A stretch of DNA of 64,000 nucleotides from Nemertoderma westbladi (GCA_032718475.1 JAUCBJ010005264.1:161-64160); one strand, 5' to 3'. Shown: positions 39,405-52,508, counted from the first letter of the stretch. Notes: generated by a model not told the origin, from the sequence alone. Numbers and translations are program-made.

Positions 39405-40122
39405 ATTGATTATTATTATTTTTATAGCGCATCTAAGAAATACTTTTTGAGATGCTTTGAAAAATTATTTTTATTTTTTATGTCTCTAATGTATTTTTGC
39501 AAGTCGTTCCAGAGAACAGGACCCATATATTTCACAGAATTCTGAGCCACGAGTAGTCTGGTGGATGGGATAAAGAAACATCCGGTATTAGGAACCACGG
39601 GATTTGTGTGAGTGAATTGAGCTCAACTTATTAAAATATCTTGTAAATATCCCTACTTCTCATCTATGTTCGCTTTTATTTATATGAAATACATCGTACA
39701 TAAGCTTACATATTTCAGATTTGTAGATTTCCTGGACAGGGAGTATATTGAGTCGCTTATACATAGGTGCAGATGAACTACGGGAATGGCTAAAAGTTAT
39801 CGCCCTAAGAACTTTATTTATTTTAACTCTGACCTTTTTCATCAATGTAGCGTTACAGCTTCCCCAAATTGAGATGGCGTACGTTAAACAAGGATGGGTG
39901 AGAGAGAAATACAAGGTACGAAGAATACTTAAGGGGAAAATATATCGTAATTTATAAAATATACCAGATAACCGTGACAACTTTTTTAGCAAATAAGTTT
40001 TAGTTTAATAAATATTTATTTATTAGTTTAATAAATAAGTTTAATAATAATAATTTTTAGGTAATAAGCAAAATATGTTCTTCAAAAGATAACCTGTTAT
40101 CAATATTTAGTCCCAGGTATTT
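39405..40122 (-). mobile_element. CR1/L2-group LINE 3' fragment
   Basis: KYLGLNIDNRLSFEEHI..KKLSRLSGIFYKLR..LRTLYFSL.HP.L.Y....WG..GP.LWNDL; (AAT)n tail. Confidence 0.8.
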
Positions 40123-40958
40123 ATAATAATAATAATAATAAATATATTTGTAAAGCGCCAAAATTACAATTGTGGCGTACTCTAAGGCGCTGGGATTTGC
40201 AAGAGCTCGAGACAAACCGGTATAGATACAATGTGTGGTGCGTAAAAACGGAACATATTAAATAAGTAAGTAAGTTTAGTATAAGTAGTAATATATAACT
40301 ATAATTAAGTTATACAAAGTAAGTAAAATTATAAGTAGATTAAGACATATGCATATTAAAAGGTATTACTTAGGGCTTAAAAATATAGAGCGAATATGGT
40401 TCATAAATAAAAATAGAAATTGATAAACCATATACAGGACAGACATACAGTTGTATCATAAGGTGTACCAAACTCAAAAAAGATAAGGTGTAAAATAAAA
40501 TTATGAAATGACAAGCACATATTACATATTAATAAAATACGTCAAGTTCAGTTCAGAACATATATGATATAAAATATAGAGTCAATGTTAAACGGTGTCT
40601 AGTAGAGTTAAAATGTACGATAAAAATAATAAAGTAATTACAAATGATCATACTGTAATAAAATTTAAAAAGTAGGTGATATTTAATGGTAGGCAGATCT
40701 AAAAAGATGGGTTTTTAATTTAGTTTTAAACAGTGCGATCTCGCTGACGTTTCTAAGTTCGGCAGGAGGTTGGTTCTATAGTGTCGGGGAGGCGGAGTGG
40801 AAGGCTTGACCGCCAGAAGTGGAGCATTTGGTGCGCGGTACGACGAGTGTGGGGGCAGCGGTACTACGCGTAGTGTGGTGCTCGTGGTGCACAAACGTGA
40901 TCATTTCCGTTATGTAGAGCGGCGCTCGGTTATGGGGGGCTTTGAAAGTGACGGACTT
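40123..40958 (-). mobile_element. L2-like LINE 3' fragment with long 3' UTR
   Basis: FKAPHNRAPLYI..GGQAFHSASPTL*NQPP..FKTKLKTHLF; 3' stem-loop cagcgcc..ggcgctttacaaat followed by (TTA)n. Confidence 0.75.
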
Positions 40959-41339
40959 TACTTCTTTTAGTTTTATTATCTTTTAGCAATACCGACTAAG
41001 ACAGTATTATACAGTAACACGAAGTTTATATTTTGCGTAGGTTTTATTTAAAATTAATTGGCAGAATGATTGGTTGCCTTGCCTATGCAAAAATTTATTT
41101 ATACGGTTACTTGTAGCATTCAGCCGTCACCTACTGACCTACACGTTACCTGTACTTAGCTTTACAGTTGTTGCACAGCCTGACAGCTGTAGGCCTATCA
41201 GACATTCAGTCAGATCAGCAGATCGTCAGGTCGTACAGTCGTAGACGTAAACCAGTCTGCCAGTGCCAGTACAGCAGTAGTCTGCATGCAAGGGCAGGCA
41301 GGGCTAGTTGATGGAATCACTGGCTGACTGGAGCAGAAT

Positions 41340-41427
41340 ATGAAGAAATTCGCAGCCGGAGCTGGATCGATGTTTAATCGGGCCAAACAGATGACAGAGG
41401 AAACCTTAGGAAAGGCTGATAAAACTG
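41340..41427 (+). CDS. SH3GLB: Endophilin-B (SH3GLB1/2-like) coding exon 1
   Basis: MKKFAAGAGSMFNRAKQMTEETLGKADKT (N-BAR amphipathic helix); donor G|GTAAGT, phase 1. Confidence 0.9.
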
Positions 41428-42029
41428 GTAAGTTCATGAAGTTAGTACAGTGTAGGCCTAGTACAGTACCGAGTACCGGTAGTATAAGTAAGGCTGTAAG
41501 GTTTATCGGTAACGCGCTACCAGTAGGGCCTACCGGTCTGCCGGTAGTTCAAGAGTTTGCAACTTGCTGACTTGCGTTTTGCTGACAGTGGCCAGGTGCA
41601 GGCCAGGCCCTGGCTACCGGTACTACCGCGGTATCACGACTACAGTCACAGTCTGAGTTCTGACAGTACCGGCGGATCTCCGATACCGACACGTCAAGAG
41701 CTGAACGGCACAAGACAGCAAGACACAACTCCACAACCAATCTGCCAATTGCAAAAATGTGCAAACTGCCATGTGCCATGTTTCCACTGGCAATACCAAT
41801 GCTGTCAACTGGGCAATGTAACAAAATAGGCCCACGGGAACTATTTCTTACAGCAGTATACTGGTATAGATTTACCGGTACTTATACAACTGTACAATCC
41901 TGCCTGCAATCTGCAATTCAAGGAAAAATCAAAATGTTACCGGTACCAGTCTGCCACTGCCGGTACCGGTTTTCCAAAACTTTGATTGAAGATTTTTCCC
42001 CAGGTAAAAAAGTATTTGCCCATTTGCAC

Positions 42030-42270
42030 TAGAACAAAGTCGCCTCCGCTTTGCAGGACATTGCTTTCGCCGTGAGGACCAGCCAGTGCATAATGTTGTG
42101 CTTTGGCGGCCTCATGCAGTCATGGAGTGACTGAGTGAATAAGCATGGTGGACAGCCCATGACTTTCTTGAGACACTTCTTAGAGGACACTGGCCTTGAA
42201 GATGCGGATGATCTAGCAAATGTCATGGGTGATAGGGAGTTGTGGCGGCGCAATTTTGTCGACAAGCCGG
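42030..42270 (+). mobile_element. RTE-like LINE 3' fragment in intron 1
   Basis: RLRFAGHCFRREDQPVHNVVLW..DDLANVMGDRELWR. Confidence 0.65.
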
Positions 42271-42623
42271 CACAGCATTCTTAAAAATGCAGCTGCAATA
42301 CATCATGCCACTTTCACCAAAAATATTTTAATTTACTTTTTTCGCCGGGAAAAAAAGTAAAATCAATGCAATCTTATTGATTTATTTTTTCCCTTGAGAA
42401 AAAGTACTCAATTTTCTCCCGATTTTGAGGTATACCGGTATTCAATCAAAAAAAATAACAATTCAAGAATAAAATCTATATCTAAAAAACCAGTTCAGTT
42501 CTACTCGTCTATGCAAATATTAAATCTCCGTTAACGAACAATCAATCATCCAACATACACAAAGGGATCTGGAGGCTATGATTGTACGACTGTAGGAGTA
42601 TTATGAATGATAAAATCAGGCTA

Positions 42624-43523
42624 CACCATGTCCTGGAATATAGTGTCGTTATTCAGGTACCTGCGCCCCCCCCCCCCCCCCCCAAATTTTTCTACAAATC
42701 TTAGTGAGATTGCATGAAATTTGTAACAGAGTTTGTTCCACCTCCCTCCTCCTTTGTGGGTGAGCCAGAATTTTTATTTTCGCTTTCATTCTTTAGCTAC
42801 AAGCGTTTGAAAAAGGTGTCTCCGTCTATATTGCACCAGTTACACCGCAGTTATTCTTCTACCTTATAGAGATTAGTTGATAATTGACCGAAAGGTGGCC
42901 AGGCCATGCCAAATTCCAAATATGTATATATGTGTGTAATCTGAATTTCGTCGTAATATAGCTGAGATATGGGCATTCTAAAGTTGCATGGTTCTACACC
43001 CGCGCAAGGCTATTTTATTATATTTAATAAATTCACCATTTTCTAGAACATATTGTTTATTCCATACGTAGCTATGGGCAACAATGCAATAACTCTATAA
43101 TCGTACTATTGTATAGCTATTCATAGATAAACAAAGTGTTCCAGAATATAGTTGATTTGTTAAATAGAATAAAATAACCTCGCGCAGGCGCAAAACCATG
43201 GAACTTTCGAACGCTCATATCTCAGCTATTTTACGACGAAATTCAGATTGCGATACATATTTTGAATCCTTATAAGGCCAGCTTTCTGACTGTACCTATA
43301 AATCAGATTGAAGAATAACTGCAATATCGACGGAGACGCCTTTTTCAAACGCTTGTAGCTAAAGAATGAGAGCGATAAAAATTCTGGCTCACCCAGTCAG
43401 TGGTCGGGAGGTGAAACTATCTCTGTTTCGAATTTCATGCAATCTCATTAAGATTTTTAGAAAATTTTTTTTGGGGGAGGGGAGAGGTACCTGAATAACG
43501 ACACTATATTCCAGGACATGGTG
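42624..43523. mobile_element. 900-bp foldback MITE with TA TSD (Tc1/mariner-type)
   Basis: TA|CACCATGTCCTGGAATATAGTGTCGTTATTCAGGTACCT ... exact reverse complement|TA; arms stay imperfectly inverted almost to the centre. Confidence 0.9.
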
Positions 43524-43583
43524 TATGTTAGTAGGATTATTATGAGTGATATAATTTATTATATTAGGATCTTTTTATCGTAG

Positions 43584-43726
43584 AATACGACGCGACATTG
43601 GCCCAGAAGATACACCGAGCGGAAATAACTAAACAATGTACCGAAGGTCTAGTAAAGAACACAGACACCTTGCTGCAACCCAACCCAGGGGCCAGGGTGG
43701 AGGACTTTGTATACAAAACTATACAG
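43584..43726 (+). CDS. SH3GLB: Endophilin-B exon 2
   Basis: TAG|AA TAC..; EYDATL..KQCTEGLVKNTDTLLQPNPGARVEDFVYKTIQ (conserved LQPNP); donor CAG|GTTAGT. Confidence 0.92.
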
Positions 43727-43840
43727 GTTAGTAGTACATAGACACATACACCTTACTGGATCAATATATACCCAGGGTGGGTGACTTCTACAAAACTATT
43801 CAGGTTTTCACGTAATTTATTTATTTTATATACTTTTCAG

Positions 43841-43948
43841 GATCGCGCGCCGGACAGAATGACGACAACGGAATCGTTGGGTAACTGCATGTTGGCATCG
43901 GGTAGCGATTATGGGAGAGACGCACCGCTGGGACAAACTCTAGTACAG
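43841..43948 (+). CDS. SH3GLB: Endophilin-B exon 3
   Basis: TTTTCAG|DRAPDRMTTTESLGNCMLASGSDYGRDAPLGQTLVQ|GTTGGT, phase 0/0. Confidence 0.88.
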
Positions 43949-46900
43949 GTTGGTGTGACTGAGTGGCAGACTCTAGTACAGGTTGGTGTGAGTGACTGAG
44001 TGACAGACTCTAGTACAGGTTGGTGTGAGTGAGTGAGTGACAGACTCTAGTACAGGTTGGTGTGAGTGACTGAGTGACAGACTCTAGTACAGGTTGGTGT
44101 GACTGAGTGGCAGACTCTAGTACAGGTTGGTGTGAGTGACAGACTCTAGTACAGGTTGGTGTGAGTGACTGAGTGACAGACTCTAGTACAGGTTGGTGTG
44201 AGTGACTGAGTTACAGACTCTAGTACAGGTTGGTGTGAGTGACTGAGTGACAGACTCTAGTACAGGTTGGTGTGAGTGACAGACTCTAGTACAGGTTGTG
44301 TGAGTGAGTGAGTGACAGACTCTAGTACAGGTTGGTGTGAGTGAGTGAGTGACAGACTCTAGTACAGGTTGGTGTGAGTGAGTGAGTGACAGACTCTAGT
44401 ACAGGTTGTGTGAGTGAGTGAGTGACAGACTCTAGTACAGGTTGGTGTGAGTGAGTGAGTGACAGACTCTAGTACAGGTTGGTGTGAGTGACTGAGTGAC
44501 AGACTCTAGTACAGGTTGGTGTGAGTGAGTGAGTGACAGACTCTAGTACAGGTTGGTGTGAGTGACTGAGTGACAGACTCTAGTACAGGTTGGTGTGAGT
44601 GAGTGAGTGACTGACTCTAGTACAGGTTGGTGTGAGTGACAGACTCTAGTACAGGTTGGTGTGAGTGACTGAGTGACAAACTCTAGTACAGGTTGGTGTG
44701 AGTGACAGACTCTAGTACAGGTTGGTGTGAGTGACAGACTCTAGTACAGGTTGGTGTGAGTGACTGAGTGACAAACTCTAGTACAGGTTGGTGTGAGTGA
44801 CAGACTCTAGTACAGGTTGGTGTGAGTGAGTGAGTGACTGACTCTAGTACAGGTTGGTGTGAGTGAGTGAGTGACAGACTCTAGTACAGGTTGGTGTGAC
44901 TGAGTGAGTGACAGACTCTAGTACAGGTTGGTGTGAGTGAGTGAGTGACAGACTCTAGTACAGGTTGGTGTGAGTGACTGAGTGACAGAATCTAGTACAG
45001 GTTGGTGTGAGTGAGTGAGTGACAGACTCTAGTACAGGTTGGTGTGAGTGACTGAGTGACAGACTCTAGTACAGGTTGGTGTGAGTGAGTGAGTGACTGA
45101 CTCTAGTACAGGTTGGTGTGAGTGAGTGAGTGACAGACTCTAGTACAGGTTGGTGTGACTGAGTGAGTGACAGACTCTAGTACAGGTTGGTGTGACTGAG
45201 TGAGTGACAGACTCTAGTACAGGTTGGTGTGAGTGAGTGAGTGACAGACTCTAGTACAGGTTGGTGTGAGTGAGTGAGTGACTGACTCTAGTACAGGTTG
45301 GTGTGAGTGACAGACTCTAGTACAGGTTGGTGTGAGTGAGTGAGTGACAGACTCTAGTACAGGTTGGTGTGAGTGAGTGAGTGACAGACTCTAGTACAGG
45401 TTGGTGTGAGTGACTGAGTGACAGACTCTAGTACAGGTTGGTGTGAGTTACAGACTCTAGTACAGGTTGGTGTGAGTGAGTGAGTGACAGACTCTAGTAC
45501 AGGTTGGTGTGAGTGACAGACTCTAGTACAGGTTGGTGTGAGTGACAGACTCTAGTACAGGTTGGTGTGAGTGACAGACTCTAGTACAGGTTGGTGTGAG
45601 TGAGTGAGTGACAGACTCTAGTACAGGTTGGTGTGAGTGACTGAGTGACAGACTCTAGTACAGGTTGGTGTGAGTGACAGACTCTAGTACAGGTTGGTGT
45701 GAGTGAGTGAGTGACAGACTCTAGTACAGGTTGGTGTGAGTGACTGAGTTACAGACTCTAGTACAGGTTGGTGTGAGTGAGTGAGTGACAGACTCTTGTA
45801 CAGGTTGGTGTGAGTGAGTGAGTGACAGACTCTAGTACAGGTTGGCGTGAGTGACGGACTCTAGTACAGGTTGGTGTGAGTGACAGACTCTAGTACAGGT
45901 TGGTGTGAGTGACAGACTCTAGTACAGGTTGGTGTGAGTGACTGAGTGACAGACTCTAGTACAGGTTGGTGTGAGTGACTGAGTGACAGACTCTAGTACA
46001 GGTTGGTGTGACTGAGTGAGTGACTGACTCTAGTACAGGTTGGTGTGAGTGACTGAGTGACGGACTCTAGTACAGGTTGGTGTGAGTGAGTGAGTTACAG
46101 ACTCTAGTACAGGTTGGTGTGAGTGAGTGAGTGACTGACTCTAGTACAGGTTGGTGTGAGTGAGTGAGTGACAGACTCTAGTACAGGTTGGTGTGAGTGA
46201 GTGAGTGACAGACTCTAGTACAGGTTGGTGTGAGTGAGTGAGTGACTGAGTTACAGACTCTAGTACAGGTTGGTGTGAGTGACAGACTCTAGTACAGGTT
46301 GGTGTGAGTGACTGAGTGACAGACTCTAGTACAGGTTGGTGTGAGTGACTGAGTGACAGACTCTAGTACAGGTTGGTGTGAGTGAGTGAGTGACTGACTC
46401 TAGTACAGGTTGGTGTGAGTGAGTGAGTGACAGACTCTAGTACAGGTTGGTGTGAGTGAGTGAGTGACAGACTCTAGTACAGGTTGGTGTGAGTGAGTGA
46501 GTGACAGACTCTAGTACAGGTTGGTGTGAGTGACTGAGTGACAGACTCTAGTACAGGTTGGTGTGAGTTACAGACTCTAGTACAGGTTGGTGTGAGTGAG
46601 TGAGTGACAGACTCTAGTACAGGTTGGTGTGAGTGACAGACTCTAGTACAGGTTGGTGTGAGTGACAGACTCTAGTACAGGTTGGTGTGAGTGACAGACT
46701 CTAGTACAGGTTGGTGTGAGTGACAGACTCTAGTACAGGTTGGTGTGAGTGAGTGAGTGACAGACTCTAGTACAGGTTGGTGTGAGTGACTGAGTGACAG
46801 ACTCTAGTACAGGTTGGTGTGAGTGACAGACTCTAGTACAGGTTGGTGTGAGTGACAGACTCTAGTACAGGTTGGTGTGAGTGAGTGAGTGACAGACTCT

Positions 46901-48756
46901 AGTACAGGTTGGTGTGAGTGACTGAGTTACAGACTCTAGTACAGGTTGGTGTGAGTGAGTGAGTGACAGACTCTTGTACAGGTTGGTGTGAGTGAGTGAG
47001 TGACAGACTCTAGTACAGGTTGGCGTGAGTGACGGACTCTAGTACAGGTTGGTGTGAGTGACAGACTCTAGTACAGGTTGGTGTGAGTGACAGACTCTAG
47101 TACAGGTTGGTGTGAGTGACAGACTCTAGTACAGGTTGGTGTGAGTGACTGAGTGACGGACTCTAGTACAGGTTGGTGTGAGTGAGTGAGTTACAGACTC
47201 TAGTACAGGTTGGTGTGAGTGAGTGAGTGACTGAGTTACAGACTCTAGTACAGGTTGGTGTGAGTGACAGACTCTAGTACAGGTTGGTGTGAGTGACTGA
47301 GTGACAGACTCTAGTACAGGTTGGTGTGAGTGACTGAGTGACAGACTCTAGTACAGGTTGGTGTGAGTGAGTGAGTGACTGACTCTAGTACAGGTTGGTG
47401 TGAGTGAGTGAGTGACAGACTCTAGTACAGGTTGGTGTGAGTGACTGAGTGACAGACTCTAGTACAGGTTGGTGTGAGTGACTGAGTGACAGACTCTAGT
47501 ACAGGTTGGTGTGAGTGAGTGAGTGACTGACTCTAGTACAGGTTGGTGTGAGTGAGTGAGTGACAGACTCTAGTACAGGTTGGTGTGAGTGACTGAGTGA
47601 CAGACTCTAGTACAGGTTGTGTGAGTGACAGACTCTAGTACAGGTTGGTGTGAGTGACAGACTCTAGTACAGGTTGGTGTGAGTGACTGAGTGACAGACT
47701 CTAGTACAGGTTGGTGTGAGTGACTGAGTGACAGACTCTAGTACAGGTTGGTGTGAGTGACAGACTCTAGTACAGGTTGGTGTGAGTGAGTGAGTGACAG
47801 ACTCTAGTACAGGTTGTGTGAGTGACAGACTCTAGTACAGGTTGGTGTGAGTGACTGAGTGACAGACTCTAGTACAGGTTGTGTGAGTGACAGACTCTAG
47901 TACAGGTTGTGTGAGTGACAGACTCTAGTACAGGTTGTGTGAGTGACAGACTCTAGTACAGGTTGGTGTGAGTGAGTGAGTGACAGACTCTAGTACAGGT
48001 TGGTGTGAGTGAGTGAGTGACAGACTCTAGTACAGGTTGTGTGAGTGACAGACTCTAGTACAGGTTGGTGTGAGTGAGTGAGTGACAGACTCTAGTACAG
48101 GTTGTGTGAGTGACAGACTCTAGTACAGGTTAGTGTGAGTGAGTGAGTGACAGACTCTAGTACAGGTTGGTGTGAGTGAGTGAGTGACAGACTCTAGTAC
48201 AGGTTGGTGTGAGTGAGTGAGTGACAGACTCTAGTACAGGTTGTGTGAGTGACAGACTCTAGTACAGGATGGTGTGAGTGGGTGAGTGACAGACTCTAGT
48301 ACAGGTTGTGTGAGTGACAGACTCTAGTACAGGTTGGTGTGAGTGAGGGAGTGACAGACTCTAGTACAGGTTGGTGTGAGTGAGTGAGTGACAGACTCTA
48401 GTACAGGTTGGTGTGAGTGAGTGAGTGACAGACTCTAGTACAGGTTGTGTGAGTGACAGACTCTAGTAGAGGTTGGTGTGAGTGAGTGAGTGACAGACTC
48501 TAGTACAGGTTGGTGTGAGTGAGTGAGTGACAGACTCTAGTACAGGTTGTGTGAGTGACAGACTCTAGTACAGGTTGGTGTGAGTGACAGACTCTAGTAC
48601 AGGTTGGTGTGAGTGAGTGAGTGACAGACTCTAGTACAGGTTGTGTGAGTGACAGACTCTAGTACAGGTTGGTGTGAGTGACAGACTCTAGTACAGGTTG
48701 GTGTGAGTGACAGACTCTAGTACAGGTTGGTGTGAGTGAGTGAGTGACAGACTCTA
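43935..48756 (+). repeat. 28-37-bp satellite ACTCTAGTACAG|GTTGGTGT(GAGT)nGACAG, ~140 copies
   Basis: First unit overlaps the end of exon 3 and its donor. Confidence 0.98.
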
Positions 48757-49127
48757 AATCTTAATAAGATTACATGAAATTTGAAATAAAAAAGGTACGA
48801 AAAAATGTTTTTTCTTAATAAATCGCTACTCCCTTATAATTTCGCTTTTTGCGCCAAAACTACCTGTAAAATGTAGCAAATTTATTCCGCTATATTTTTT
48901 CTTAACATTTATAATTAAAATTACGAATTTTAAGGGTCGAAAAATATCGCGTAATTTTGGCCCTTTTATTTCATTTTTTTGGGGCCAAAAATGACCCCCT
49001 CTCAAAAGATAGAAAAAAAAATTACGGCAAAGAATATACCAATTTTATTGAATTTGGACCACCAGAACCGAAGTTAGAGCGATTTTAGTGAAAAAATAAA
49101 AATACTTTTTTCCGAATGGCCAATATT

Positions 49128-49184
49128 GGATTTCGAACCCGCGAACTTAGGTTTCATTAACGTGATTGATAACCACTAGACTAT
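49128..49184 (-). other. tRNA-like A/B box remnant within an unclassified repeat
   Basis: Minus strand TAGTCTAGTGG..GGTTCGAAATCC. Confidence 0.35.
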
Positions 49185-50279
49185 GTGACCAAGAGAATTT
49201 GAAATTTTCGAGTGACAATTTTTAAACATAAATAACTTCGGTTCTACAGGGCCGTTTAATCTGATACTTTTTTCATTGGATAGAGAATAGATTTTTGTGT
49301 GTGAAATAGGATACAACTTGGGAAAAGACGCATGTGCACTTAGTGCAAAATGCACTTAAGTAGTGAAATTTTTTTCGATATTTCAAACACTATTATTATT
49401 TTTTGGATTAAAATGTAGTTTGGAATGATTTCTAACTATAATCGTAACATTTGTTTAACTTTTTATGTCTATAAAGTGACTTAAAATGTCCATGAATATG
49501 GTCCAAAATCGCAAATGTCGAGATTTATTAAATTGGATTTTTGACACTTTTAGCGAATGACACTTGATCATACACCATCGTACATCGGTAGAGGATAAAC
49601 ATAAGTTTGTTAAATAAGAGCCACCATTACGATCTGCTAAAGTGCACTTGTACAAATAAGTGTGCAAAAGTGCAAATTTTTTAATAAGGTCAAATTATAT
49701 AGTATTGGGTTATTTTCTTTGCAGATACTTTATTTTCATATTAATATGTTGTTTGAACCTTACTGAGCGCAATTGGGGATATGGGTACAAATAACCGGCC
49801 CTTATGAGGCTTCGATTGGGTAAATTAATAAAACATAAGGTTGTATAGTATAATATTATAAAAACCAGTGTGATATTAAATGCACTTAAAACAATAAATA
49901 GAGATCAAACAACAAATGGACCGGACCACACAACAAGTTTGTACTTACTATATCGCTTTAAATTAATTAAAAAGTGGATATTTGGGGGAAGGGGGAAGTT
50001 ACAGTGTGCATTCGGGGGAAGTTTGGTGAACTGCATTTATGCAGTGAATCCAAACTTCCCCCTTTGATATATCATATACCTAAGACATGCTAGGGTGACG
50101 GGGAAATATTTGTTACTGTCACACTTTGCTTCCATTTATCCTATCCTTTATTATTACTCCAGTCATAAAAGAGATACTAATCAGTAATTTAGAACTCTAA
50201 ACTGTCTTTCATTTCTAAAGACGGGTGAATGACCATGACCATGGAAATAATTTTAAATATAATTGTATATCAACTATTT

Positions 50280-51112
50280 ATAGGGTTTAAAATTAACCCC
50301 TAAATATTTATAAATATTTAGGGGTCACCTTCCAGACAACCCTATCGTTTACAAAGCATATCACCAAAGTAACATGTAAGGCACTAAAGGCGGCTCACTC
50401 CATCAAGAACTCTCAACTACTCTCACTGGAAACTTCATTAGCATTATTTCGACTTAAAGTTCACCCGGTTGTTACATATGGACTGCGCGAAATCTGGCCC
50501 TTTCTCTCGGCAACTAACCTCCACTCACTGGACAAAATCAAATCCACATATCTAAAGAAAACTATCGGGGTGCACAAAAATTCACAAAACAGACTGGTAT
50601 TAGCATTATGCGTGGAAGACCACTTCGTAGTCGAAATCGCCAAAAGGTTGAATCTTACGCATACGACGGAATATCAAAAGTACATGTTATGTATCCATAA
50701 TAAACAGCAAGAAATTAACTCGGATTTCTGGACGGCATTGGCTTTCTCGGATAGGAGGTGGACAAGATCAAACCAACGGAACCGCCATGTCATCACTAGA
50801 CTCTCAATCCACGGGTATCACCACCTAGTTTGTAGTTCTAGAACATTCCACTACCCGAGTAGCGAATGCGTTTGTGAGCTGTGCGGACAGCCGGCACCAT
50901 TATATCATATACTTATGTGCCACCGCAACTCGAAATCCCTCAACCAGCTGGCGAACCACCACCTTCACACTTGCACATGAGGCATCGCACATAACTTTTA
51001 ATTTATATTTATTGGTATATTTTTATTATTAAATATGATCTCAATAATTTTAACACTTGTGGCTTATAACAAACAGCAATTACCATATTTTGGTGTAATA
51101 AATAAATAATAT
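50280..51112 (+). mobile_element. 5'-truncated LINE (L2/Daphne-like) with 14-bp TSD
   Basis: KYLGVTFQTT..FTKHI.., C-terminal Cys/His cluster (HLVC..FH.P..CVCELC..YH..C), AATAAATAAATAAT tail; TSD TATATCAACTATTT at 50266-50279 and 51113-51126. Confidence 0.85.
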
Positions 51113-52334
51113 TATATCAACTATTTGGGGAGGCTTCCAAGTTAAACCCGAAAACAATTATTTCGTTACATAGTAAATAACGTTGTATGTTCTTCTTCCT
51201 CTCATGATAAATTATATATGAAATATCTCTGATCGCTATGCCCTGTAACATTTCACAACCAAAATATTTAAGTGTGAAAAGTGTAGGCCTACCACACTCC
51301 GCCCAAACAACCGCAAACGCATAGCCAACAAATTTAACAAAATATTACATACATGTTGGTTAATGACGAGTGAAAATTGATCGCGTGAAATAAAGTAAAT
51401 GGTAATTCCGGCTATCCTTCTCTTCTTTACCCAATGGAAATGTTGTTGTTATAATCTAATATTGGGGCGGCTTTCTCTCGGTCTATCAGTGAACGATATT
51501 TACGTAATGTTATATCCGTAGCTACGGAGTGCGGAATATTGGATGTATCTAATATAAAGCCAGATGTAATATGTTACAAATTACAATATCTGCGCATTCC
51601 GTCGAATAGTGAATGAAAGGTTGATTGTTGTAGAGAGTTAATATCATAATAACAGGTTAATAGTAATGATGAGTAAATTAATCAAAACTCATTATTTTCA
51701 TACCGTGATCGTGATGTATGCCACGATAAAAGATTTGGCAGTGATAAGTTAATAGTATTTATAGTATTTATATTTATGTATATTTATTTATACATTACCG
51801 GTATGTAAATGGGTTCATAAATACAACATGTATTCGACCATATCCATCAATATACATACATACAGATCAATATACAGTACAATGTTATCAATAGGACGTC
51901 TTCGTGACTGATTGCGTCTATCCAAACATTATGCTCTTTATTCTTTGTATACCGGCACACATCACACTCATGATTAATTAATTACTCAACTCTCATCACA
52001 CTATATTGCTCCCGCTAATAACGTGGTTGATATATATTGGTCACAAACTATTTCCTGTGTCCCGTGAGACCAAGGCGTTATTTTATGAAAATTCAGGTTC
52101 CGGCCGGAACTGAAATCCCGATTCGGATACATCCCTAGTGAACACTAATGCAGGTTGGTGGGAGTAATTCGATGGGAAGAAATCTTTTCTCAGTATAAAC
52201 TCGCTCGGACCACTATCGACCTCGCTTCGATCGTTAAAGAAAATATATCTTGCAAACTGAGAGTTACATAAATTGATTATTTATTAAATTATCTATTCGT
52301 ATTTCACTTTGCACTTCGCTTTATTATTATCTAG

Positions 52335-52508
52335 GTTGGAGTTGCCCAGCAACGTTTGGGATTTAGCGAGAAAGATTTTGCCGTTTCGGCATCTAAAAGA
52401 TTTATCGGCCCGTTGCGAAACTTTCTGGACGGCGACATGAAAACAATTCAGAAGGAGAAACGAACGCTGGACAACCGCAGACTGGACCTGGATGTTATAA
52501 AGAATAAA
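52335..52508 (+). CDS. SH3GLB: Endophilin-B exon 4
   Basis: VGVAQQRLG..FIGPLRNFLDGDMKTIQKEKRTLDNRRLDLDVIKNK, hallmark endophilin-B BAR segment; TAG| and |GTTAGT. Confidence 0.95.

Noticed and set aside
43949-48756. CRISPR-like constant repeat with variable spacers
   Set aside because: The variable part is only (GAGT/GACT)n slippage; eukaryotic intron, no cas genes.
28988-52137. hAT-like left end (28988) and right end (52137) as one 23-kb element
   Set aside because: No matching 8-bp TSD, and the span would cut through two host genes.
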